DNA of 62,873 nucleotides, taken from NCBI GenBank assembly GCA_023489235.1, contig JAMDDE010000003.1, positions 22,555 to 85,427 on the forward strand, read 5' to 3'. The stretch's first letter is position 1; the number at the start of each line of letters is the position of its first letter. The notes below the pieces were generated by a model. It was given only the letters and a program-made list of their open reading frames with translations. It was not told where the DNA came from and did no database searches. Positions 28,916-38,161 of the stretch are shown here, one piece after another. The DNA is from Actinomycetota bacterium. GTDB taxonomy: Bacteria > Actinomycetota > Acidimicrobiia > Acidimicrobiales > JAMDDE01. Position numbers and translations under genes: made by a program.

Positions 28916-29792
28916 GCCTTTTAGAGGGCCAATTCCGGAGTCTGGAAGTCGCCACCCTCTGTTGCCTACTCCTTATAGGGTGGTAAAGCGGGTAGTAGAA
29001 ACCGACACTGTAGTCACCTTATTCTTGGAGGCATTGGAGGGGGGTAATTTAACCTTTCGTCCTGGTCAGTTCAATATGCTCACTGCTTTTGGGGTTGGGG
29101 AGATCGCTGTATCGATCAGCGGTGACCCCCTTGATGGAGGTCCTATCCGGCATACCATCGCTAGCGTGGGGGCGGTGAGCCACGCTCTATGCTCACTTAG
29201 GGTTGGGAGCCTAGTAGGTGTGCGTGGTCCATTCGGTAACGGCTGGGACCTTACTGGTGTCACTGGTATGGCTGGCTCGGCCACCCAGGACGTGGTTGTA
29301 GTGGCTGGTGGTGTCGGCTTAGCTCCTTTGAGACCTGCCGTATTGGAACTGTTGAAGATGAAGGAGGAAGGCAGGGGGCGTGTTGTTGTCTTGATAGGCT
29401 CCCGTTCACCCGATCAAGTACTGTTCAAGGAGGAATTGGACGTCTGGCGCACCAGAGGTGCACATGTGGAGGTGACAGTTGATCGTGCAGATGCCTCCTG
29501 GAGGGGGAGCGTAGGAGTGGTTACCTCTTTGATCAGCAGTGCACCATTTGACCCCCATGATGCATTTTCCCTCGTATGTGGGCCAGAGGTGATGATGCGG
29601 TTCACTGCTAGGGCATTATTGGACAAAGGGATGCACGAGGATAAGATCCAACTCTCCTTGGAAAGGAACATGCAATGCGGCATTGGATGGTGTGGCCACT
29701 GTCAGCTCGGCCCTTATCTGCTCTGTCGGGACGGCCCCGTTTTCCCCTATGGCGGAAGGTTGGCCGAATTGCTTGCCAAGCGTGAGCTTTGA
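28893..29792 (+). CDS. Group 3b hydrogenase gamma subunit (FAD/NAD(P)-binding, 2Fe-2S)
   Basis: PGQFNML, RGPFGNGW, AGGVGLAP, MQCGIGWCGHC...CRDGP. Confidence 0.92.
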   Translation: MVTEKSVEPFRGPIPESGSRHPLLPTPYRVVKRVVETDTVVTLFLEALEGGNLTFRPGQFNMLTAFGVGEIAVSISGDPLDGGPIRHTIASVGAVSHALCSLRVGSLVGVRGPFGNGWDLTGVTGMAGSATQDVVVVAGGVGLAPLRPAVLELLKMKEEGRGRVVVLIGSRSPDQVLFKEELDVWRTRGAHVEVTVDRADASWRGSVGVVTSLISSAPFDPHDAFSLVCGPEVMMRFTARALLDKGMHEDKIQLSLERNMQCGIGWCGHCQLGPYLLCRDGPVFPYGGRLAELLAKREL

Positions 29793-29804
29793 GGAGGTGA
29801 CCCA

Positions 29805-30653
29805 GTGGACATGGATAGGACTTCAACGGAAGGTGCTCGCCCACGTGTGGCAATATGGAAGCTGGCCTCCTGCGATGGATGCCAGCTCTCCCTATTGGAT
29901 CTGGAAGATGAACTACTCACTCTTGCTGATGTAGTTGACCTAGCTCATTTCACTGAGATGTCCAGGACTGATCTTGGGGGTCCATATGATCTGTCTTTCA
30001 TAGAGGGATCGGTGACCACCCCTCGAGACGAGGTACTGGTAGGAGAGGTACGCCAGATCTCTAGACGGCTAATTGCCATAGGTGCCTGTGCCGTTGCAGG
30101 AGGGATTCAATCCTTGCGCAACTATGCACCACCGGGCGAGTACTCGAGTGCTGTGTACGCACACCCCGAGTACCTGAGTTACTTGGATACTTCTATGCCG
30201 GTTTCGGCCTATGTAAAAGTTGATCTAGAGCTGCATGGCTGCCCGGTGGACCGCTATCAGCTCATGGAGGTCATCTCTGCCGAGTTGGTAAGCAGAAAGC
30301 CCGTGCTCCCTGCTTTCAGCGTGTGCCAGGAGTGCAAGGCAAGAGGTACGGTTTGCCTGCTCGTGTCCAAGAAGGAGCAGTGCCTTGGTCCTGTGACACG
30401 AGCGGGATGCGGCGCTATCTGTCCTGCTAGTGGTCGAGGATGTTACGGATGTTTTGGTCCTCAGGAGGCAGCCAATCCATCATCTTTGTCCATGCGATTT
30501 ATTGCTGACGGTGCAAGCTCTCTTCGTTTGTGGCACCTCTTCCATACCTTCAATTCTGCAGCTCCACCATTTTCCAAGGAGGGATTGAGATATCGCGATT
30601 CGGCCAGTTCGCATGAGGTCGAAGGTGTAGGAGGAGCCAGTTGTGACTCATAA
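29805..30653 (+). CDS. Group 3b hydrogenase small (delta) subunit
   Basis: SCDGCQ, GACA, GCP, VCQEC, CLGP, GCYGC. Confidence 0.92.
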   Translation: MDMDRTSTEGARPRVAIWKLASCDGCQLSLLDLEDELLTLADVVDLAHFTEMSRTDLGGPYDLSFIEGSVTTPRDEVLVGEVRQISRRLIAIGACAVAGGIQSLRNYAPPGEYSSAVYAHPEYLSYLDTSMPVSAYVKVDLELHGCPVDRYQLMEVISAELVSRKPVLPAFSVCQECKARGTVCLLVSKKEQCLGPVTRAGCGAICPASGRGCYGCFGPQEAANPSSLSMRFIADGASSLRLWHLFHTFNSAAPPFSKEGLRYRDSASSHEVEGVGGASCDS

Positions 30654-31977
30654 CCACCATGAAGAACGAGTATTCTCCATCGATGGGCTGGCCAGGGTGG
30701 AAGGAGAGGGATCGCTGCATTTGCGCTTGAGGAATGACCATGTTGAACAGGTGTCCCTGGAGATCTTCGAGCCACCTCGTTTTTTCGAGGCATTCTTGCG
30801 AGGTAGGGACTTCACTGAGGTTCCTGACATAACCGCTCGTATATGCGGGATATGTCCAGTTGCCTATCAGTTGAGTTCTACTGCGGCAATGGAGAGCGCT
30901 TGTGGAGTGGAGGTTTCCCAGCAAGTGGCAGCGGCCAGAAGGTTGTTGTACTGCGGAGAGTGGCTACAGAGCCATGCTCTGCATGTCTATCTCCTGCATG
31001 CCCCTGATTTCTTCGGGGTTGATGATGCTGTCCAGCTGGCTCGTCTGGATAGAGAGGCAGTGGAAAGAGGGCTGCGCATCAAGCGAACGGGTAATTTGAT
31101 CATGGAAACCATAGGTGGTAGGGCGGTGCACCCGGTGAATGTAGCGGTTGGTGGTTTTCATAGATCTCCTACCAGGTCAGAGGTCATATCACTAGCTGAG
31201 CCGCTCCGCAGGGCTTTGGATGATGCATTGGATACGGTCGACTGGGTGAGTAGCTTCGACTTCCCAGAACTGGAAAGGGAGTATCTCTTTGTTGCCTTGC
31301 GAGGAAACGGCAGCTACCCGATGGAATCAGGGAATGTAGCTTTGGGGGAAGGTCTTCAAGTAACCGCCAGGGATTTCGAGGCGCTAGTCATCGAAGAACA
31401 GGTGGAGTACTCTACGGCTTTGCATGCTCGCTTGAAGGGTGCTGCTGGCGATGGCTCTTATCTAACTGGACCGTTAGCCCGTTTTGCACTCAATGCAGAC
31501 CTGCTCACCCCGCTTGCTCGTCAGGCAGCCCATTCAGCAGGGATGGGAGCTACGACCGCCGAAGCTCTCTCTAGGTGTAATAACCCGTTCCGTTCGATTA
31601 TCGTGCGAGCCATTGAAATGGTTTTCGCTTGCGAGGAAGGGTTACGGTTAGTGGAGTCGTATGAGCCGCCTGATCCCCCAGCTGTTACCGTGGAGCCTAG
31701 GGCGGGTACGGGCGTAGGGATTACCGAGGCTCCTAGAGGACTTCTGCTCCATCGTTACGATATAGACGAGAGAGGTATCATACAGATGGCGCGTATAGTG
31801 CCTCCTACCTCGCAGAACCAATCGACCATTGAATCAGATCTAGTCGCAGTGGCACAAGAAGGAATTCAGCTCTCCGATGAGGAGTTGGGGTGGCGACTGG
31901 AACAAGCGGTGCGCAATCATGATCCTTGCATATCTTGTTCGGCTCACTTCCTGAATGTCACCTTGGAGCGAGGATGA
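30643..31977 (+). CDS. Group 3b [NiFe]-hydrogenase large (alpha) subunit
   Basis: RVEGEG, L1 RICGICPVAY, EAPRG, L2 DPCISCSAH plus short cleavable tail. Confidence 0.95.
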   Translation: MTHNHHEERVFSIDGLARVEGEGSLHLRLRNDHVEQVSLEIFEPPRFFEAFLRGRDFTEVPDITARICGICPVAYQLSSTAAMESACGVEVSQQVAAARRLLYCGEWLQSHALHVYLLHAPDFFGVDDAVQLARLDREAVERGLRIKRTGNLIMETIGGRAVHPVNVAVGGFHRSPTRSEVISLAEPLRRALDDALDTVDWVSSFDFPELEREYLFVALRGNGSYPMESGNVALGEGLQVTARDFEALVIEEQVEYSTALHARLKGAAGDGSYLTGPLARFALNADLLTPLARQAAHSAGMGATTAEALSRCNNPFRSIIVRAIEMVFACEEGLRLVESYEPPDPPAVTVEPRAGTGVGITEAPRGLLLHRYDIDERGIIQMARIVPPTSQNQSTIESDLVAVAQEGIQLSDEELGWRLEQAVRNHDPCISCSAHFLNVTLERG

Positions 31978-32477
31978 GTTCGATGATGGGGGGTTGTGAG
32001 GTTTATGGGTCGGTAGCCTTGGCTGGTGTTGGCAACCCCTACCGCCACGATGACGGTATAGGTTGTACCGTGACTGCTCTAGCCGCCGATGCATGTGCTG
32101 AACTCTACTATCTGGGATCATTTCTGCAGCCTATCGATTTGCTAGGCAGATGGAATACCACTCAGGAGGTGGTATTGGTTGATGCAATGTGTTCAGGGGC
32201 TACGCCGGGGTCGATCATCGAAGTCGAGATCGACACAGCTGAATTCATTTCTTCTATCGTTCATCGGAGCATCTCCCGGCCACCTCTGTCGAGCAGTCAT
32301 GGCCTAGGGATTCTAGAGGCTCTATCCATTGCTAGGGAGCTAGATGTACTACCAGCTCGTTTGCTGCTCATAGGTATAGAGGGCGCTGATTTCTCGGAAG
32401 GGGTTGGATTGAGCGAGGAAGTGAAAAAAAGCATACCCCAGGCCGTTGATCTAATCGTTTCTTTGGTCAGGAGATGA
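31974..32477 (+). CDS. Hydrogenase maturation protease
   Basis: GVGNPYRHDDGIG, VDA, SSHG; ATGA overlap with large subunit. Confidence 0.9.
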   Translation: MSSMMGGCEVYGSVALAGVGNPYRHDDGIGCTVTALAADACAELYYLGSFLQPIDLLGRWNTTQEVVLVDAMCSGATPGSIIEVEIDTAEFISSIVHRSISRPPLSSSHGLGILEALSIARELDVLPARLLLIGIEGADFSEGVGLSEEVKKSIPQAVDLIVSLVRR

Positions 32478-32483
32478 AATTGG

Positions 32484-32732
32484 ATGTGCATCAGTCGTTT
32501 CTACCAAGTCATATCCGTCAAGGGGAGCGAGCAATTGGTTGTCAATGACCTGTCGGGACGAGAGTCTTTGCTGTCCATGTTGGCTTGGACTGGTGAGCTG
32601 CCCAGTCAAGGCGATTGGATTGTTGCTCACAGTGGGTATGCATTGAACAAGGTTGATCGAACGGAGGCGGAGGTGGCAGTCAAGGAGTGGAGGCAAGCTG
32701 TAGCTATGCTCGGGGAGCAGACGGAACGATGA
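32484..32732 (+). CDS. hypC: HypC/HupF-family chaperone, divergent
   Basis: Met-Cys start, GDWIVAHSGYA; lacks usual MCxxxP proline. Confidence 0.78.
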   Translation: MCISRFYQVISVKGSEQLVVNDLSGRESLLSMLAWTGELPSQGDWIVAHSGYALNKVDRTEAEVAVKEWRQAVAMLGEQTER

Positions 32733-33733
32733 AAGTTTGGGAGAGACGTGCGGATGACTCCAGCTGGGGCGAAAAGCAACTTGGCACTCGTCGTGAAGAA
32801 CGATCTGGATTGCTACTTGCTTCTACAACTGCCCTGATAAGTGGCGTAGCGATTTTCGTGGACAGCTACGGGACCAAAGATTTTTCTTACCCGACTGTTT
32901 ACACTACGGCTAAGAATCTGGTAGCAGCTTTGTTGCTCTGTCTCTTCGTAGCGATCATGACATGGAGAAGACGTCAAGGCAGCAGCTTTGCTCCGGTAGC
33001 AACTCGTGGTGACGACAGGACGAAGGCTGTCTCGAGCCGTATACAACTTTTGTTCGGTTGCGCCTATGTGGGGATTGTAGGGGGAGGACTCGCCTTTGTC
33101 GCTTTCTTCGATGGTCTGTCGCGTACGCCACCTCTTCTAGCTGGATTCGAGCACGATACCTTGGTGGTCTGGGTGGCAATCATGGCCTTTGCATTTCTGG
33201 GCGAGCGACTGTCTCGTTGGAACATGGTTGCTATAGCTGTGTTGGTCGCTGGATCAGTGCTCGCAGGAGGAGGTGTTGGGCACTTGACTCTAGGGAGGGG
33301 GAGCCTGCTCATATTAGCAGCTACGGTAGCTTGGTCCATTGAGGTGGTGGTATCCAAGCGACTATTGAGATGGATAACCCCGACCGCTTTGGGCGCTGTG
33401 CGCATGGGAGTTGGTACTGTAGTGCTCTTTGGATATCTGGCTTACAGAGGGTACTTTGACTCCTTGTTTAGCATCGACAGTACTCAGCTGCTGTGGGCTA
33501 CTCTCACGGGCATGCTCCTGGCTGGCTATGTTGCTACATGGCTGGCTGCCCTGAAGCGTTCTCGGGCAGTGGACGTCACCTCTGTGCTGGTGGCTTCTGT
33601 CGTCGTAACGGCAGCGCTCTCTGCCCTCGATGGACATGTCCTGCACGCTCCCAGAATAGGAGGGTTAGTACTGGTTGCTCTGGGAGTAGGGGCAACCCTA
33701 TGGCTTCGAACACGACATAGGAGCATTGCATGA
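32729..33733 (+). CDS. EamA/DMT family transporter
   Basis: About 10 TM segments, FLGERL motif; ATGA overlaps on both sides. Confidence 0.85.
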   Translation: MKVWERRADDSSWGEKQLGTRREERSGLLLASTTALISGVAIFVDSYGTKDFSYPTVYTTAKNLVAALLLCLFVAIMTWRRRQGSSFAPVATRGDDRTKAVSSRIQLLFGCAYVGIVGGGLAFVAFFDGLSRTPPLLAGFEHDTLVVWVAIMAFAFLGERLSRWNMVAIAVLVAGSVLAGGGVGHLTLGRGSLLILAATVAWSIEVVVSKRLLRWITPTALGAVRMGVGTVVLFGYLAYRGYFDSLFSIDSTQLLWATLTGMLLAGYVATWLAALKRSRAVDVTSVLVASVVVTAALSALDGHVLHAPRIGGLVLVALGVGATLWLRTRHRSIA

Positions 33734-34566
33734 CCAGATCGCGGATGCAGACCCCATACTTATACCACGGGAGAGATCTCAGCGGTCCAGCTCGTTGGCC
33801 AGGTGGCCAACGAGTGCCCGGCCCTCTCCTGTTTGCTTGGTATGCTCACCCGCCCAACCAGCTAGGCTACTGTGGGCCAGCTGATCGTCATGCCTTTTCA
33901 GAGGCAACTTTTGATGGAGGGGATGTCAACGCTTTGGCACATATGGCGGTTGAATTCGATGGTGCCCTTCCATACCTTCGCCTAATTGCTGGGTGCAACG
34001 GTATAGATGACTTCTTGGCCTACAAAGTAGTGGAAGCCTATTGGGTTGGCAATGATCTGTTGAATCGGGTTAATCGTCAAGCGATGATAGCCATGGCTAG
34101 AGAGAGGCTTTCCGTGTTGGCAGGTTCGCGAGTACACATGCTGCTTGCTGCGGCAATGAGAGGCGTGGTTCACCACTCCTTTCATGTCTTGGCAGTTTAT
34201 CCATGGATCGGCCTACTGCGTTCTGGGATTAGAGAGCCATCCCTCAAAGTGATGGATAGTTGTCGAATTAGTTGGGGAAGAGTCGTTGCATTGCAAGGTG
34301 ACACTGCATTGGTCTCTCGTCGCCCTCTTTCCTTCGACGGTAACCACCTGTTGCTTGGCGAGGCGCAACTTTTCTCGGCTCGCTTCAGTACGACCAGAGC
34401 GTTGCTCTTCGATCGCCTCCTGGAAGGAGATACGGTATCGTTGCACTGGGGATGGGTATGTGATCGTCTGGAACCTCCTGCCCTCGCTTGGCTCAAGAGA
34501 TGTACGGAGATGAACCTCCGTGCAGTGAACGCTATACCAGCACCGGATCATCTGGTAGGTTCCTGA
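33730..34566 (+). CDS. DUF6390-family protein
   Basis: YAHPPNQLGYCGP, VVEAYWVGN, HHSFHV, CRISWG, SLHWGWVC. Confidence 0.8.
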   Translation: MTRSRMQTPYLYHGRDLSGPARWPGGQRVPGPLLFAWYAHPPNQLGYCGPADRHAFSEATFDGGDVNALAHMAVEFDGALPYLRLIAGCNGIDDFLAYKVVEAYWVGNDLLNRVNRQAMIAMARERLSVLAGSRVHMLLAAAMRGVVHHSFHVLAVYPWIGLLRSGIREPSLKVMDSCRISWGRVVALQGDTALVSRRPLSFDGNHLLLGEAQLFSARFSTTRALLFDRLLEGDTVSLHWGWVCDRLEPPALAWLKRCTEMNLRAVNAIPAPDHLVGS

Positions 34567-34734
34567 CCATGCTGGTGGCTTCTATCATCGGCTTTCCTGA
34601 TCTCGCCCTTTGACCAGATCAACTAGCAGTATCATCTTCCCCTTTTCTCCAGGATGCGTTAGGTGTTGGTTCGGCAGTTGTAGACTGCAAGCTAAGGGGG
34701 CGTTACTAGAAGGCAGGGAGAGGAGCAGGTTCAA

Positions 34735-34971
34735 GTGGATGTGAGAATTGGCATTGTCCAGACTGCCAAGGAAATCGATGTGGAGGTTGGAGACAGTGTA
34801 GACCGAGAAGAGCTGGTTGCCTCTATCGAGAGCGCCCTGGCCAACCAAGAAGGAGTCATGTGGCTGACGGACAAACGCGGAAGACGGGTTGGAGTCCCGG
34901 TCAATAAACTTGCTTATGTAGAGATCGGGCCTCGCAGCGAGGAACGCCGCGTTGGCTTTGGAGCCCCTTGA
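34735..34971 (+). CDS. DUF3107 family protein
   Basis: MDVRIGI...LTDKRGRRVGVP..KLAYVEIG...VGF. Confidence 0.88.
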   Translation: MDVRIGIVQTAKEIDVEVGDSVDREELVASIESALANQEGVMWLTDKRGRRVGVPVNKLAYVEIGPRSEERRVGFGAP

Positions 34972-35042
34972 GCCTTTAAGTTGAGACAACGAGCAGGTTG
35001 CACTCTTTTTATTCTTGGGCTGGTCTTATCGAGGACGCGTAG

Positions 35043-36008
35043 GTGAACGAAGTAGCTCACGAACTGGATCTCCTGGAGCACAAGTTGCTTTTTGTAACCG
35101 GTAAAGGTGGGGTAGGGAAAACTACCATCTCGACGGCCCTGGCTCTATTGGCTGCCAAGCGAGGCAAACGGACACTGCTTTGCGATGTGGATGCCAAAGG
35201 GGACATATCAGCCTTCTTCGAACAGTCTCCCTTGACATTTACGCCGAGAGAGATCGAGAAGGGCCTTTTTGCTATGGCCATGGATACGGAGGCTTCTTTG
35301 CGGGAGTACTTGCATCTCTATGCCAAGGTTCCTCTGCTGGGTTCCATAGGGCCCCTGGCCAAGATCTTTGACTTCGTGGCTACTGCTGCTCCTGGTGTCA
35401 AGGAAATCTTGGTAGTAGGCAAACTTTGTTGGGAGGTCAAGGAACGCCATTACGACCTCATCGTGGTCGATGCAGCAGCGAGTGGCCATATAGTAAGCCA
35501 GTTGATGGCTCCAGCAGCTATCAACTCATTGGTCAAGGTAGGGCTGATCAGGTCTCAGACCGACTGGATGCTGGAGATCCTAGCCGATCCCCTGAGGACA
35601 GCCTTGGCTATAGTGGCCACTCCTGAGGAGATGCCGGTTGCAGAGAGCATAGAGCTGGTAGAGAGAGTGGCTTCCGAAACCCCTGTATCCCTGTCCGCCG
35701 TGATCGTGAACAGGGTGCTTCCTGAACTCTTCGGCAACAAGGAGGAAGAAGTATTCGAAGCCATCTGCGAGCGTGAAAGAATGGCTGAGCTCAATCGCCT
35801 GCTGGACGGTGACGTTGCTCCCGTTATGGAAGCCGCTAGATTGGCAGTGACCATGCGCAGGACGCGAGCGGCTCACTTGGAACGATTGAAGCAAGCATTA
35901 GGCAACCAAGTTCCGATGCTGATGATACCAGAGTTGTTCACGAGGACTATGGGTAGACGAAGCATTACTCAGGTTGCTATGGCCTGTGGGGAGGAGCTTG
36001 GCTATTGA
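35043..36008 (+). CDS. ArsA/Get3-like ATPase (actinobacterial pair, first member)
   Basis: GKGGVGKTT deviant Walker A; single domain. Confidence 0.88.
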   Translation: MNEVAHELDLLEHKLLFVTGKGGVGKTTISTALALLAAKRGKRTLLCDVDAKGDISAFFEQSPLTFTPREIEKGLFAMAMDTEASLREYLHLYAKVPLLGSIGPLAKIFDFVATAAPGVKEILVVGKLCWEVKERHYDLIVVDAAASGHIVSQLMAPAAINSLVKVGLIRSQTDWMLEILADPLRTALAIVATPEEMPVAESIELVERVASETPVSLSAVIVNRVLPELFGNKEEEVFEAICERERMAELNRLLDGDVAPVMEAARLAVTMRRTRAAHLERLKQALGNQVPMLMIPELFTRTMGRRSITQVAMACGEELGY

Positions 36009-37252
36009 CCCAGAAAAGACCCAAGGAGACGACATCCTCTTCAGGAAGGGAGAGGCAGGAAGCCAGTTCTTCTCGTCATTCGTTCGTTCCCCCGGCAAGA
36101 GAGGGAAGCCTTTTGGCCAAATTAATTGCATCTCACGAGATAGTCATAGCCTGTGGACCAGGAGGAGTGGGGAAGACCACTACAGCGGCTGCTCTTGGGC
36201 TCATGGCATCCTTGGCTGATCGCGGACGGGTATTAGTGCTGACCGTGGATCCCGCCAAGAGGTTGGCCTCAGCGCTTGGTCTGAGTGGGGTAGGCAATGA
36301 AGAGCATCGGGTTCCAGATGACGTTCTTTGGACGGCAGGGCTGGCTCCTAGGGGAGAGCTATGGGTGGCCATGTTGGACACCAAGGAATCCTGGGATTCC
36401 TTGGTCCATCGCTACGCCCCTGACGAGAAGACAGCATCAAGGATACTTGCTAATCCCTTGTACCAAAATATCTCCGGTCAGTTCGTACAGAGCCATGATT
36501 ACATAGCCATGGAAAGGCTTTACGACATTCACTTGGAAGGCAGGTACGATCTCATCGTTATCGACACCCCCCCAAGTCGTAACGCACTCGATTTCCTTTC
36601 TGCTCCTCAAAGGATGGCAGATTTCTTTTCCAGTCGATTCCTACGTTGGCTGGTGATACCCTATCGTTCTCGCTTGTTGAATATTGCTTCACGTCCCTTT
36701 TACCAGGTAGCGGATCGTGTTCTGGGTACCCAGTTCCTCTCGGACATATCAGAGTTCTTCATGCTTTTCCAAGCGATGTATGAGGGATTCGTACAGCGAG
36801 CAGAGGCGGTCAAGAAGTTACTCAAGGATGACCGGACTACTTTCATAGTAGTAAGCACCTTGGAGCCAGCGCCAGCGAGGGAGGCTGAGCTGTTCGTCCA
36901 AGAACTTTCCAGACGAGAGCTGGATCTAGGGGCGGTTGTCTTGAACAAAGTTCTACCCAGTTATTTGCGTGATCCGCATGCCAACAAGATCGCTGAACGC
37001 ATGAGGCGCGATGCTCCTACCTTGGCTGCCAAGCTTTCCTTGCCGGTTGGTTATGCAGAGCATGCCGATAGGGTGCTTACCGAGGTGGCGGAGAGTTTCT
37101 CCAACTTCTCTATCGTTGCGTATAGAGAGGCGGCACAGAAAGAAGGACTTGGGAACTATTCGGATATCATTGCTTCTGTGCCGTTTTTCGATACCGATAT
37201 ATTTGATTTAGCTGGGCTTGCTCGGCTCGGTGAACGTCTTTTTGATCGGTGA
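36005..37252 (+). CDS. ArsA/Get3-like ATPase (second member)
   Basis: GPGGVGKTT, TVDPAKRLA, DTPPSR. Confidence 0.88.
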   Translation: MTQKRPKETTSSSGRERQEASSSRHSFVPPAREGSLLAKLIASHEIVIACGPGGVGKTTTAAALGLMASLADRGRVLVLTVDPAKRLASALGLSGVGNEEHRVPDDVLWTAGLAPRGELWVAMLDTKESWDSLVHRYAPDEKTASRILANPLYQNISGQFVQSHDYIAMERLYDIHLEGRYDLIVIDTPPSRNALDFLSAPQRMADFFSSRFLRWLVIPYRSRLLNIASRPFYQVADRVLGTQFLSDISEFFMLFQAMYEGFVQRAEAVKKLLKDDRTTFIVVSTLEPAPAREAELFVQELSRRELDLGAVVLNKVLPSYLRDPHANKIAERMRRDAPTLAAKLSLPVGYAEHADRVLTEVAESFSNFSIVAYREAAQKEGLGNYSDIIASVPFFDTDIFDLAGLARLGERLFDR

Positions 37253-37255
37253 GCG

Positions 37256-38155
37256 TTGTCCATCATGATCGATTGTCATGTTCATATCTGGCCTCATGGA
37301 AGTGGAACCAGCTTTCCTGTGGAGAAGACCCTGGAGAAGTACTGTGAGCAAGCTGCTGCAGTTGGGATTGAAGAGTTGGCAATTACCGAGCACTTGTTTC
37401 GCTTCGTGCAAGCCATTCCTCTCCTGGAGCGAGCCTGGACTGCAGAGGAACCCTCTCCTCTCTTGGAGGACATGCATACCTATTGGCGTACACATGCCAC
37501 AGCTGATTTGGATGCCTACGTAACTGCAGTAGAGATGGCCAAAGCCAGAGGAATGCCTGTCCTCTTGGGGCTGGAGGTGGACTACTATCCTGCTCTGATG
37601 GATGCGGTAGGTGAACTCCTCTCCGGATATCCCTTCGACGTCCTGCTCGGTTCCGTTCACTGGCTAGGTTCGTGGCGTTTCGACGACTTGGACAGCAAGT
37701 TGTCCATGGACGTATGGGATCATGTTCAGTTGGACGAGGCATACGAGAGATATGTGGCGGCAGTTGAAGAGCTTGCTTCCAGCCATGTCTGTGATGTACT
37801 TGCTCATCTCGATTTGATAAAAGTCACAGCCAGAGTTCCCGAGGATCTGTCTTGGGTGCACAATCGTCTGGCGGACGCAGCCTTTATGAATGGGATGACC
37901 GTAGAGGTGTCCTCTGCTGGATGGAGGAAGCCAATTGCCGAACAGTATCCGTGCTCATCTCTGCTCGAGTTGTTGGCAGAGAAAGGAGTGCCAGTGACCA
38001 CTGCTTCGGATGCTCATGATCCCTCCGTGGTCGGCCATGGCTTCGACAAGCTCTTTCGACTACTCGAGGGGGCGGGATATACCCATGAGAATACCTTTCG
38101 TCGACGTTCACCTCTAGCTGTACCTTTGGAAGCTGCATCTTTGGAGAAGAGGTAG
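37256..38155 (+). CDS. PHP-domain phosphatase (HisJ/HisK histidinol-phosphatase-like)
   Basis: DCHVH, ITEH, GLEVDY, GSVH, SDAH. Confidence 0.85.
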   Translation: MSIMIDCHVHIWPHGSGTSFPVEKTLEKYCEQAAAVGIEELAITEHLFRFVQAIPLLERAWTAEEPSPLLEDMHTYWRTHATADLDAYVTAVEMAKARGMPVLLGLEVDYYPALMDAVGELLSGYPFDVLLGSVHWLGSWRFDDLDSKLSMDVWDHVQLDEAYERYVAAVEELASSHVCDVLAHLDLIKVTARVPEDLSWVHNRLADAAFMNGMTVEVSSAGWRKPIAEQYPCSSLLELLAEKGVPVTTASDAHDPSVVGHGFDKLFRLLEGAGYTHENTFRRRSPLAVPLEAASLEKR

Positions 38156-38161
38156 AGGACC

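Noticed and set aside
16882-34700. Genomic island integrated at tRNA-Thr
   Set aside because: No integrase and no duplicated tRNA 3' end seen; composition looks like the flanks
35043-37252. Arsenic resistance ArsA
   Set aside because: Single-domain pair with no arsB/acr3/arsC/arsD; fits the Get3-like actinobacterial pair
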